Shown here: in pieces, positions 25,257 through 37,400 of the stretch
Numbering within the stretch: the stretch's first letter is position 1
How the letters are laid out: each line of letters starts with the position of its first letter
Assembly (NCBI RefSeq): GCF_036321535.1
Contig: NC_087437.1
Span: 42,038,001 to 42,102,000 of the forward strand
Length of the DNA stretch: 64,000 bases
Direction of reading: 5' to 3'
Source: Camelus dromedarius
Lineage: Eukaryota
The notes under the pieces: generated by a model
The model's input: the letters and a program-made list of their open reading frames with translations, nothing else
What the model was told of the DNA's origin: nothing
Databases searched by the model: none
Program-made: the position numbers and the translations under genes

Positions 25257-27275
25257 GTGAGAAGATTGCTGGTATCAGGGGCTGTTGGAACTGGTCACAA
25301 CACTTAAGTGGCTTAAGAGAACCAGAGAGCCCTTTGTTTCTTCTGTAACAAGCATGGTAGAAGAGTATCCACCTGCTGTATAAAAAACTCATGGGAAATT
25401 CCTAGCTTCTTTTGTTCTGAATTGTGTCTTGCAGCTCTTTCTTTATATTTTCCCAATTTCTGCCCCCTGTCCCACCCCACAGAGAGCAGGGAACAGGTTA
25501 GCCACTTTTTGTTTCAGAAAAGAGGCAGTAATCTATCATCTGTTCCCATGTCCTGTTAACATTTTTATGTGAGAGCGGCCTGGGGTAGAGCTGCAGCGCG
25601 TTGCTTCTGAGGCATCCACGTGGTCTCGCAGTAGAAGGGAACGTGAAAAGGGCTTTGTGCCCCATTTCCAATGATAGAAGACTGAGGTCTCGGTCACCTC
25701 TGGGTTTCCTGGATGCTCTGTTGCAATCTTGGCAGAACTCAAAATCCCTGCACTGTTGACGTGGTCTTCCTGAACCCTGTTTTTTAGTTTAAGGATAGCC
25801 ATTAGTGCAGCCACAGTCCACTGGTTGTTAGGCAAATACTTACCTTGAAATGAAAAAGAGTCTCAGAGATACCGGCATTATGTCTTTTTAGTTTTGGCCT
25901 TGGTGTTAGTTTAGTCTGAACCCCTTCTCTATCAAAATGGAAACTGCGAAACCAGATACTGAGATTTTAACCTCTAGGACTTTACAAAGTGATTTTCTTC
26001 TGTGAATTGAAGTGTTTTATTGTTTCAAAAACATTTATTATGTTGGTTTACAGATAAATTGTAAGAGAGAGAAATGCCTGTTAGTTTTGGAGGAAGTTAC
26101 CACCTCACTTTCTCTTAAATATTTTACATGTATATATATATGCATTTCCCCCTGTATGTTCAAATCCCATTGGATGTTTTTCTTATTAACAAGAGAAAAA
26201 TTTGAGATGGGTATTTTAGGTGAAATACCCTATATCCCTTTGTAACTTGGGGATAGAATTTGACTTTTTTGTAGTAGTCATTAGAAAGAAATTTACTATA
26301 ATTCAGAAGAATGAGGTGCTGTTATAAGAGGATGTGGCAAGATGATAGCAAAAGATGAAACCAGTACTTTAATAGAGGCATCGATAACTTCCTGCCTCTC
26401 TAGTCTTCTTACCTAGTATCATAACACTTTAAAACATCAGAGAGTGGGCATCTTCCATGAAACCATTTGGATAAAAACAAAAAATTCAGTTAATTAACTA
26501 ATTTTTTAAAAAGTATTCAGTACTTTGACACAGTACACATTAAATACTTGAGCATTTGTTGGAGCTTGGATCTGGTTGGGTTGGGTCTGATTTCAGTGAC
26601 ATTGTGAAAAGCCTTAGCTGGTGACTCATTGCCGGATGAAGAAAGTCTGACTTGCCTCATTTTAGCAGTCTTTTAGGCGGATGCCCTACAGTTACTGTTT
26701 TGTGAATGGTGTCCTTTGCAATTTTAGACAACAATATGATTTAAATCATCATTAGAGTTAAGCAAAAAAAAAAAAAAAAAAAAGAATTGTCTTCATTTAA
26801 CAGGTTATTGTGGTTTAATTTCATTAAAATAACACAGCAATAATGTACAATTAAGTGCCTTCATTGATTCCAAATTAAAGAAAGCAGAAAACAAAAATCC
26901 TTTGCTTTATAAATAAAAGCCATTTATATATTCTCTTAGCTTAGTTCTCAATGTTCATACACCTAAAAGCAATTTAAACATTTAATTTCCCAAACTGTAT
27001 GAGTTTTAAAAGTTCTTGATGTTTCAAAAGATTATTATATTGGTCCCCATGGTGAATATTTTAAATCTCAAGTATAATGCATTGTGATATTTAAAGCCTT
27101 TACCATTCTTTTTATATGTTTAAATATAATTTATTTGGGCACGCACTCTTTGAATAGGGCTGTGTTTCTCTTGTGCAAATTGGTTATCCTGTAAAGATTT
27201 GCTTTTTAAAGATCTTCCTCAAGCTGTATGACTAGAAAGAAAATGAAAAGTGAACAATTGAAAACATCCGTTACA

Positions 27276-27410
27276 TAGGGTGAGCATGCATTCCTGGTGT
27301 GCCTAGGCCAGTACTGGGTTAGGTCTCTTGTTCAGAGAAATAATTAGGAGTGCTCCCTAATCACCCTCAGAGGTACTCAGGTTTAGATGGTAATTTATAT
27401 GGTCACTCTG
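27276..27410. mobile_element. MER94/MER81-like hAT-Blackjack MITE (~135 bp) in the short intron between exons B and C
   Basis: Imperfect TIRs tagggtgagcat...atggtcactctg. The internal text follows the MER94 layout as recalled (cctggt..gcctagg.cagt...taatt...gatggtaatttatatggtcac). Confidence 0.7.
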
Positions 27411-28256
27411 TGCATGTGGGGCATTTTCTTCTTATAAACATGTTAAGACCCATTATCTGTGTTACATATTGTCATTTTTATTGTCTAAATATAATTTTTA
27501 ATTGCTTAAGATTTTTAAACATTTTCCCCTAAGAGTGTGAGATAACTTTGCAAGCTCCCATTTTCTTTTGAGCCACTTAAAAATGTGCATAGAGGTTTCA
27601 GACCATAGATTATTATGCTTGGCACCAGGTTGCAGAGATGGCTTATATTTACCAATAAGTTCTCCTTAAACATCTCCTCTGATTCTGTGAGCATCGATTA
27701 CTGTAAATGGAAATTTCTCATCTCATTTGAGTAGGTTTTGCTCAATTGGCTCTTCTTCATGGCACAGAGACCTCATGATATTTTGGTTGTTAAGTACTTT
27801 GCAATAAAAGTGCTATTCTGTGCATAAGGATGAGAGTACTTTTAAGTATCTCAATTCTAAAAACACATTATTTAAGGAGATATTTTATTCTAATTGTTTT
27901 TTTGATTTATTGCAATTACTAAAAACAATTGATAGGCAAAATCAAACTTAGTTACATGTTCAGCTAAAATATGAACTTCTGGTGGACAGTAATCTTGTCT
28001 TCAGTATTTTCCATAATTTCTGGAACATTTCTGAACATACAGTATAGTCTTTTAATGATTAATTATTCCTTTATTGGTTAGAAATGAATAGGGATATTTT
28101 AAATGTATAATATGCATATCGTTTTCTTAATGTTTTTTATATTGTATTTAGTAATATGTTAAACTTCTTCCTTCGGGAGTCAAGTCGCTTGACCATTTAA
28201 TAATTTATTATTGAAAATGTAGACTGAACTTGTACTTGTCATAATCTTCGCTTTAG

Positions 28257-28434
28257 AAATTATACCACTCTATGGAATGTCGAGTTACATCACCCGAGAG
28301 GACCAGTACAGCAAGCCTCCGCACAAAAAGCTGAAAGATCGCCAGATTGACCGGCAGAATCGCCTCAACAGCCCGCCTTCTTCTATCTACAAGAGCAGCT
28401 GCACGACCGTGTACAACGGCTACGGGAAGGGCCA

Positions 28435-28465
<31 letters not shown>

Positions 28466-28553
28466 GGAGGCGGCAGCGGCGGCGGGCCCGGCGTTAAGAA
28501 GGCGGAGCGCAGAGCCAGAAGCAGCCCCAAGTCGAATGACTCAGACTTGCAAG
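28257..28553 (+). CDS. FNDC3B: FNDC3B coding exon C (297 nt; likely human exon 6 equivalent) with a G13-S-G3 tract
   Basis: Acceptor cttcgctttAG (AG 28255-28256); donor CAAG|GTAATG at 28554. Phase 1 in and out. Translation (E)IIPLYGMSSYITREDQYSKPPHKKLKDRQIDRQNRLNSPPSSIYKSSCTTVYNGYGKGH(G13)SGGGPGVKKAERRARSSPKSNDSDLQ. Confidence 0.96.
28436..28486 (+). repeat. FNDC3B: Coding (GGC)n trinucleotide tract encoding G13-S-G3
   Basis: (GGC)5 GGT (GGC)4 GGA (GGC)2 AGC (GGC)2 GGG read directly. Confidence 0.95.
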
Positions 28554-29849
28554 GTAATGATCAATGACGTTGGCTGTAAAGAGTGAATGATCCAGACAGG
28601 GACGTCCTGAAAGAAACAGCTTTTGCACAAGAAGGCTCTTTCGTGGCAGTTGGTCTTCATGCTAAGAATGATTGGGTAGACCTTCTCTTATCTATTTCTT
28701 AGCCAGGACAGACTATTGTATCATCTCCTTTTTATTAATACTTCATGGCCAAATATTATTTCTTTGGTCACGTGCTGTTGTAACATTGTACTTCATCTCA
28801 GTAACAAGTGTCAGAAAGTGTTTTCATGTTAGCTACTTCTGTTGTTTCTGTCTACATAGAAGGATGTGGAAGGGATCCAAATTAAAACAATTAATCTGTC
28901 TAAGAAGTGTAGGACTAGTTCAAATATGAAAATAATTATACCTCATTAGATGAGATGTAATTACTACCGCACGGTTGTGAAATTTATCATGGTGTAAGGG
29001 AATATATTTGTTTCCCTCTTCAGTTACTGTTTAATGCCACCGTTGGCAATTTGGATGACGCCTTCATAGACCAAGAATAAGGAGGAATTAGGGTCACCGC
29101 ATGTGGATGGAGAGACATCAGCTCAAAGGGGCATGGTTTTTTTGTAGCTTAATCTTGTGGCTGAAGATCAGTTAATTTGGGGAAGAAAGTATGTGTTTTA
29201 AGTGAAGTTTTTAGGTAAGATTTAGAGGACCCTGTTCTGATGTCATAGGAGGTAAAAACAGAAGCTTTTTTATCGAAGACTGACTTAAGGAAGCAAAAGA
29301 AGGTGCATTTTGATAAACTAGGTGCATTTACAAAGATAAATAAACAAAGACATGTAAAAGACAAGGTGTGAACTGATTATATCGCTATTAAATATAGTCC
29401 TTCCTTATTGGCCCTCACCCAGGTAGAAGCAGGGACTTTGTGAGAATGTGTTTGTGAATGAAAAAGACTGAATTTGTGTATGGCTGATTGTGTAGGGAGG
29501 ACTGGCCTCTGTGAGGGCAGAGGAAAATTAGGTAAAGCCAGGCATTGGCGTCAACATTTCCCCCCTCTGTTATTCATATGAGTGAACTGTAGCATAAAGA
29601 GGAATAGTAAGGCACAGGGAAAAGTGAACAGTGATTTCTCTGAGTGAAACGTATTACAGGTTCTTTTAATTTTGTTCTTTATTCTTTTCTGTTTTTCAAA
29701 TTCTATGTAGTCATCATGCATTTTCTTGGAAGTATTAAACAAAACATAAACAAATGTATAAGAGAGACCCAAGATTTAAGAGGCTTTCAGACAGTTCTTA
29801 ATGGAAAGTGCTCTGTCTGCCATATAAGATAGTTTTTAGTCAAATGATA

Positions 29850-30030
29850 CTATAATTTTTAATAAATAATATTTATATAAATTTATTATTATAAATATAA
29901 TAAATATAAACTAATATATCAATGAATAACAAATGTTACATAAATTTATTATCTAAAGTAAGTGTAATAGATATAAATGTAAATAAATATAAGTATATAT
30001 AAATTTATTGTTTATAAATAATAATACTAT
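29850..30030. repeat. AT-rich low-complexity tract
   Basis: Almost entirely A/T, with a recurring ataaatttatt unit. Confidence 0.85.
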
Positions 30031-30924
30031 GATTTCTAAGTTTGAAGTGTTACAGTTTTACATCATGAACATTTAAGAGAATTCACACACACACACAAAA
30101 TTAGAAATGAGGTTTCCTAAGTAGAATTTTAGGCCATAGATAAGAGAAAAAGAATGTATAAGCTCTCAACGGAGAGCTTATGAGGTTTGAACTACTTTGA
30201 TTACTTGATTCATTCTTTTGCCCTGCCTTGCATCAAAAAAGATTTAAGGCATATGACATAAATATGTATCATAGAGGCAGACAAAATAAATTTGACTAGT
30301 ATCTAAGGGGCAGAGAGAAAGTAAGAGAAGGAGAATGAGATGAAGCAGGGTTGAAGGTAGCATACACAGTTAATGTAGTTATGAGTTAACTATGGCGAAA
30401 GTAAATACATTCCTTAATATGCAGGTATTTCATATCACATACACCTGAATGTGTAAGCTGCTCTATATTTTAATATTCTCACAAAGCTGTCAGAGGAAAT
30501 GGATTTCCATTGAAATCTGTACTGAAATATTTGCTAGTGTACATACGTTGACAAGCATTTTGGCATTTTATGTTCAGACAGAGAGTCTAATTATTCTAAG
30601 CACCTTAAGCTCTTTGCTTTTGTGTAGAAAACATGTAACTAAGGTGGTAACAGTGAGACCACTTTTGCTGTGGGCTTCTGGGAGCGTGAGCTTCACAATG
30701 AAAAGAGTTAGAACGTATTTTTATCATACCTTCAGTTTGAAATTGCTCTGTTGTTCTTTTTCTCATCACCTTACTTGCCTCCTCAGCATCATTCCAAGTG
30801 CTGCTCTCCACGTGTTTAGCCATGATGTAAAGAATCAGATGGAGGATTATTTTACACACTCTAGTTCATTCCAGTAAGGATCCGAGAGGGTTTTACATGT
30901 TGAGTAAAAAATAAGTATCCATTT

Positions 30925-31570
30925 TCCCAAGTGAATTGAAAATGTACATCCTGACAAAAACCTGCACACAGATGTTTATAGCAGCTTTATTTATAATTGC
31001 CAAAACTTGGAAGCAACCAAGATGTCCTTCAGTAAGAGAAGTGGGTAAGTACACTGGTACATCCAGTCATGGAATATTACTCAGTGCTAAAAAGAAATGA
31101 GCTGTCTAGCTGTGGAAAGGCAAAGAGGCACCTTAAATGCGTGTTCCTAGGTGAAACAAGGCTGTCTGAAGAGGTGCATATATGCTCCAGCTATCTGATA
31201 GGAAAAGACAAAACTGTGGAGATGGTAAAAATATCCGCAGTTGCCAGGGTTGGGGGAGGGAAGGGTGAATAGTCAGAGCACAGAGGATTTTTAGGGCAGT
31301 GACACTACTCTGTGATACTGTAGTGGTGAGCACATCTGTCAAAACCTCCACGATGTACAAGACCAAGACTTACACATACCCAAATATGAACCACAGACTT
31401 GGGGGATGGTGATGTCAGTGCGGGTTCATCAGTCGTAACCGGCGCATCACTCATTTGGTAGGTGGGGCAGGCTGTGTGTTTGTTGGGGCAGGGTATATGT
31501 CAGCATTGTCTGCATCTGCTCAGTTTTGCTGTGAAACTAAAAGTGCTCTCAGAAGTCGTCTATTAAAAAA
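30925..31570 (+). mobile_element. L1MC-like LINE-1 3' end
   Basis: aaaacctgcacacagatgtttatagcagctttatttataattgccaaaacttggaagcaaccaagatgtccttcagt...ggaatattactcagtgctaaaaagaaatgagct...ctcagttttgctgtgaaactaaaagtgctct. Confidence 0.88.
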
Positions 31571-32519
31571 GTAAATATCTGAGGCAATTGAGGATGAATA
31601 ATACGAAGACATGAGTAAGGTTGTACATAAAAGAATCCTGTAGAATTGCTTGATGTAGGCATGTATTTGGCTTTGAGCCTCCAGGTTGTCAAAGCAAGGA
31701 AGGAAACATGAATCAGGCGGAGCAGGTGAACAAAAGCACCTCTTGTTCATGGAGTCCATTCTGTCGGTCATAATGTTTCAACCCCGTCTGCCTCAGAATG
31801 TGGTTGCTGGTTGAAAGGACCCTAAGGGCTGCTTCTCCCTTCTCGTGAGTGGGGGCATTCTCCCAGTGTATCTTTTTGCTTGAATTTACTGCAGCTGACT
31901 CATATATCCAAGAAATAAGTCTCTCAAATAATTCTTAAGTTTACAGTGCCATCTGATTAATATTAAACTGGAATTAATACTAATATGATTGACCTGTTTA
32001 CATTTATATGTGGTTTGTGCAAGATTAGGATACATACTTAACCATGATGTGTGGCTTGTGGTATTCTACAGTCTACTTAAGTTAAGATGCCCACTTTTCC
32101 AGAGAAGAACCTTTTTCCCACGGAATTCCCTAGCTTTTGAGGGAATCTACTTCCGTTACTTACCCCCTTTTTACCACATAGAAAATAAAATCTGTGGAAA
32201 AAAAGAAAAGAGGGGCAAACTTCAAATTTGTACCTGGTCTTGTAACAAAGAAGCAATAACTTACGTTAATCTAAACAAATAAACATATTAAAAAGATAGA
32301 GATAAGTTAATGACTCGCTTGCATCCTGGTTCTCTTGGTTGACTGTACTTTACAAACACTGGTGGAACTTCAAAAACATGCAGATCCGTAAACCTCATTT
32401 CCAACCTGCTAAACCAGAATCTCTTCACTTGATCTGACTTCATGTCTTCTGTCAAAACTCCGCTAAGAGTGGTGGCCAACTAAGATGGAGAACTATTGTT
32501 ATAATACGAAAGGTGTGGT

Positions 32520-32632
32520 CACTAGGTTGTACATGACGTAAGGCAGGAACTTTGTTTAATTCACCGCTCTCCCCAACTCCTAGAATTGTCTGTGGCACAT
32601 AGTAGGTACTTAGTAAATATTTGTGGAATGAA
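32520..32632 (+). mobile_element. LINE-2 3' terminus
   Basis: aggcaggaactttgtttaattcaccgct...cctagaattgtctgtggcacatagtaggtacttagtaaatatttgtggaatgaa. Confidence 0.75.
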
Positions 32633-34601
32633 ACCTGTCTTCCTTACTGCTTTGTCTTCCAGAACATGTCTTCTTTTGAACACATGTAGCTATCCTGCCG
32701 TTTCCTCTTCCTAGAACAAATTGTTTGCACTGCTCTAGGATAGTGCTTTGCAGCCAACTCCTTCTTTCATTTACTGGTACCTTCAGGAAAGTGGCTTAGG
32801 CAGGACAAAGTCCCACAGTACCCTTAGGGAATGTAGGATTCCTGTTTCCTTGCACACCTTGGAGTCGGTGGTGTGATGTGGGCAGAGGACTGTTGGGCTT
32901 TAGTATCAGACATAGTGGACTTAGAATTGGGTATGGTCACTTGCTTTTAGTAGTCCCTGAATCTCTAGATCCTCATCTGAAAAATGGGTATTTTAATTTC
33001 CGTTATAAAATTTTAAAAGTAGCCTAGCTCGGTTCTTAACATCTCAGTATAATGGTCACCCTTGTTACTTGAATATTCTTATCTCCCTCTTGTAATCTTA
33101 GGATCAGCTCTCAAGATACACCCCCTTCTCAAAACAGGTATCTTCCTACTCCTCGCACTCCCCCCACTGCAAGTCCTTCCCCTGTAAGTAGCTTACTTCT
33201 GCTTAAACCCATCTTCATTTTGAAAGCTAAACTCTGCAGTCCTGGACCTCTGCCTCTGAAAGTCGCATCTTGGCTCTCAGAAATTGCACTGGGATAGAAA
33301 TGAGCCACCTGCCCCAAGGTGCCGGGTTTCACACAACCCATCGCCTCATTAGGGACCCTGAAAGTTCTGAGTGAGCTAGAACTCTGGATCCCCTCTTGGG
33401 GCATCCTTGATCATGGACCGTGTCTTTGGCATCTCCTCATACATACATTTCTTAGAAACCTCAGTCTGAGAGAGACCACCCTATGTTTTAAGATACGTGA
33501 TTGTCCATCTTCCTCTCCATCCCATCCTCTATGGTATGGCTGAGGCTGCATCACATCCACACATGCTATTCCCCTCCTTACGGAAACTCCATGGTGGTCC
33601 CCATGTCCAGAGAACAAAGTCTAAGCTGCTTAACACTTGCCTCCCAAAGTAATTTCCCCATCAGACGCCCAAAGTTTTGCCCCATTTCAAATATATGCCT
33701 CATTCTCTTTTTGGCTTTTCCTTTCGATCCCTCCAACTTAGTTCTTAAGGGACCGGCTGAAATATCACCTCTTCTGCAAACCCTACCTGTCTCCTCAAGG
33801 CATAATAATGGCCGATTGGTTAAGGGAAAATATTTCAGGAATTTTTCCCTTCTCCTTCTTTTCCTTAACTAGCATTTGATTTTAGATACTTTAGATCAGT
33901 GCTTGAGCACCATATCCATAGTTGTTCAAGGGCGAGAATGAAAAAATGTGTCCTTGTGTGCGAATGTTGTGCAAGAGCTGGGCTTTGAGCCTTTTCTATG
34001 GCCAAAATCCAGTTAAAATTGTCATGTTCCTTTTATCACAGAGGCTAAAAAAGTTTCTATTGTCTTCACTGGGGGAGAGGGGAGTCTCATCTTTCCCTTT
34101 TATCCTTGGAAAAAGCCAAAGCATATGATATTCAGGAAGTTACTCAGTGAGATACAGGTTTGTAACTGAAATCCTTCAATTTGCTACCAGAGTTGTCCCT
34201 TTGTCATGAATCCTCAGAAAGGAGACTGTAAGGTTATCTGCTAGTATTGTTTTAGAAAGAATATTGTGAAGCCAGAGCGAAAAAGAAAAACTTTGGTGAA
34301 GATTTACTATCTAATAATCCAAAAAGACCTAAACAATCCCGTGATTATGGGGTATGTGTGGGGGGTGATTTGGGCAGAAGGAGGGAGAGAATAAACATCA
34401 AGAGTGCTGTACATCACAGTCTCCAGATATGCTTTTTCTGTGTAAAAGTGTGGGGGCAGTTGGTACTTTTACATAGTAGAAACGGTAATGGATTTGTAAG
34501 GTAATGGTAGGTAGGTTGTGTTTTGGACTGTGTTATACATAACATGTCATTTCACTAGGCCTCAGTTTCCATTTCAGTAAAATGAACTGTTGAGTTGGAG
34601 T

Positions 34602-34834
34602 CAGTGGTTTTCAAATCTTATCAATGAGCAGATGTTCTGTTTTCAAACAGTCTCATGTGACTGCTAATTAAATACAGTATCCTTCCTTCTCTACCACCAT
34701 CTGTCTGTCTGTCTTTCTCACACACGCGTATGCACACACACACACACACCCCATGAAAGCGGATGGAATTGGTACTACAGACCTGTGGGACTCCCCAGGT
34801 GGTAATGGGGCACAGAAATGTTTGAGAACTACTG
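34602..34834. mobile_element. hAT-Charlie-like MITE remnant containing a (CA)n run
   Basis: Imperfect 14-bp TIRs cagtggttttcaaa (34602) and tttgagaactactg (34821-34834), 2 mismatches. No clear TSD. Confidence 0.5.
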
Positions 34835-37234
34835 GCCCTTTGAGTGCCAAGCAGTTTTTAAGGAAGATTTTAAATGGAGGATGCAGGAGGCATTCAGTTA
34901 AAACCCCTGATTTAAGTTAAAGCGTATTCCTTTTGTAGTACCAGAGAAGCACATACAGGTGGTGGAAGAGTCCCTTTTGTGTTGCTAACATGTGTAGTAG
35001 CTAATGTGAAGACCTCGAGAACTTAGGGAACTCAGTGCCATACGGGAAAATGTTGGGACAAAATGGTAAGAATTCCACATGTAGGAGAGAATGAAGATAA
35101 TGCACACTTCTGGCATTTGACCTTCGGAATTATTGACAATCCAAAGAGTCAGTTATACTTTAGGTGAAATTCCACCACATAGAATCACAATTTCTGATTG
35201 TAACATTGAAAGCCGGTGACAAAAGCAATATTCTCGTGCTTTTCTCCTTCAGAGATCAGGAACTACCTTCCGATCCCAGTAGGATCCCTACTACCAGGCT
35301 GTTGTATTCCAGTTCCTTCTCAGATGACCCTCCCTGACATTTTTGTTCTCTTCCTGCATTTTGCTATCATTGCTCAGAAACCAGAATCTGACCCTAGTGT
35401 CTGTTTACTGAAACTTAGCATGAAAGTTTATTCATTCCGCAGATAAGAATTGCTGTAGTAAGGTTTGGGATAGCATTTTCCTCTGGGAAGTCTAGATTGT
35501 GAATGTTTCTGGGTTCTTGGAGGCTGTCTCCTTGCTGGATGGCGTGGCTCTGGGAGGGGGTGGCTGCACCCACCTGTGCAGGGCTGACAGTGGCTTCCTT
35601 TGTTTGGAAGAACAAGCCTAATGTTAATAAGGTCTGGAATGTTGGGAGTCAAGGCAGATTTTCTTTCAGAATCCCTTTTGGTCTTGGCTCCTCATAAGAG
35701 ATAACACTGGTGCCTCTCTGTTTAAAATAAGATGTTTAGTGGGGCTTTCACACTTCATGAGTGGCTGGTTTTTTCTTTCCCTTGCTACCTTTTCCTCTCA
35801 TAAGCACGCACCTCGCGGGCATGCGCAGACAGGGCGTTTGGAAGAGAGTTTGCTTGCGGGTGGAGCAGGGGCCTTCTTTCCTCCTGGCGTGTGTGCTTTC
35901 CACACTGCACGTGAAAATGGCTAGTTTCTACATGGATTTTCACTATTTCTTCATCTCTCAAGTCCTTGGTGATAAATCCCATGTGCTTTCACCTGTCTGC
36001 AGCTGCGTATGAATCCTGAACATGGCAAAAATATCAAGAAAACATGAAAAAAATCAAAAATGAGCTCAGGCCAGTGGAATTCACCCATTCTTTGGCCAAG
36101 TACAGTCTGAAGAGTGAAAATAGTCCTAACCAACCCAAATAACTTTTCTTTTTTAAAAGGACAATGTGGACCCTTGGATCAAAATGCAAGATACACTCAT
36201 TTTGGCAGGAATCTGGGCATTTAACACCCTTACTTCCATTTCAGACTAGACTGCCAGACCCACCCCCCAGTCTCCGAGGCCTCTGAGTGATGCTGGGTGA
36301 GGTCTGAACAGGCTTCCCAGCCTTGCAAAGACTGCCTATGTGTGGGCTGGGAAGGGAGACAGGCTCAGGGGCAGAAGGCTGTTTCCTGAAGGAATGTGCT
36401 GCTCACCGACGTGAGCTTTCTGACCTGGGCCCTATGCTCTGTGGGTCAGAGCCAGAGAAATCCAGCGATAAATAACTTTTTCTGTAAGACCCCAGTATGC
36501 TGATTTTTTTCTCCTCCTTACGGAGGCATTGACTTCCCTGGTGCAAAGGCAAAATCTGCGGCTCAACAAAGAAGAGACTGTGGCGGCCCAGATTTCTGCT
36601 GAGGAGTAGAGTGCATAGTTGTCTTTATCAAGTGCCATCACTTACCTTTTTGCCTTCTGCCCTTTCCCCCCTGTATTTTTGTTGCAATCTGGAATGTTTT
36701 AAAGATGTTAACTATATGGTTCTTTCAACAGGCAGGATGAGATATTTTTGTCATGTCAGCTGAAGTCTTAACCCATTAAATCATACTTGAAATTTCCCGT
36801 TTTTCACTTACATAGAAGGAGACAAACAACATGCAAGATTTTTTTTTGAGTTTTCTTTTGAAATGAATGTTCACCAGAAGATTGAGGGCAGAATTTTGAT
36901 TAGTTCCTACCATATGTAGTACTTAACTCTGTGAACCCATATTATTTTCTCTGCCTTTCTGCTTTCTTGGGAACTGATCATAGAGGCATTTAGATGACAT
37001 CAGAACCCGTGTTGGTAAAATACATGTCATCCCAAAGAACCCTTTAAACAGCAGGTATAAGTGATGACATGGTTTGTTTCTGGTACATATATAACCTTCA
37101 ATTTTATTGAATTGAAACTTTTACATGTTATTCTCTTATTTGGCTAAGTTGAATTCTGAATTTAACTGGGTCAGAGGGCATCGTCACAAATGTGCCATAC
37201 TTAGAAGCAAAATAACATACTCGTTGCAACCTTG

Positions 37235-37400
37235 CAGATCTGGGTTTAGTCCCACCTCTGCCCCTTGTGCCTTTGGGCAAGATAGTTAATCTTTCAAAGC
37301 TTCAGTTTCTTCCTGTATGTGTAAAATGGGGGAAGTTAATACCACCTATTTCAGAGGGTTGTCATGAGTTCATAATACAATTTTAGACACTAAATGCTTT
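37235..37400 (+). mobile_element. MIR SINE
   Basis: tgggtttagtcccacctctgcc...ttgggcaagatagttaatctttcaaagcttcagtttc...tgtaaaatgggg...acctatttcagagggttgtcatgag. Confidence 0.75.

Noticed and set aside
24953..25348. 131-aa ORF as a stand-alone gene
   Set aside because: It is exon B plus intronic flanks; clear acceptor and donor sites delimit 25013-25256.
28554..29345. Truncated isoform by read-through of the exon C donor (LQGNDQ-stop) with intronic polyadenylation at AATAAA ~29339
   Set aside because: Stops and AATAAA hexamers are common in AT-rich introns, and the donor AAG|GTAATG is good. No support without 3'-end sequencing.
29850..30030. Long palindromic AT-rich repeat (PATRR-like cruciform)
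   Set aside because: Only short local symmetries are visible; I could not trace long matching arms, so it is treated as low complexity.
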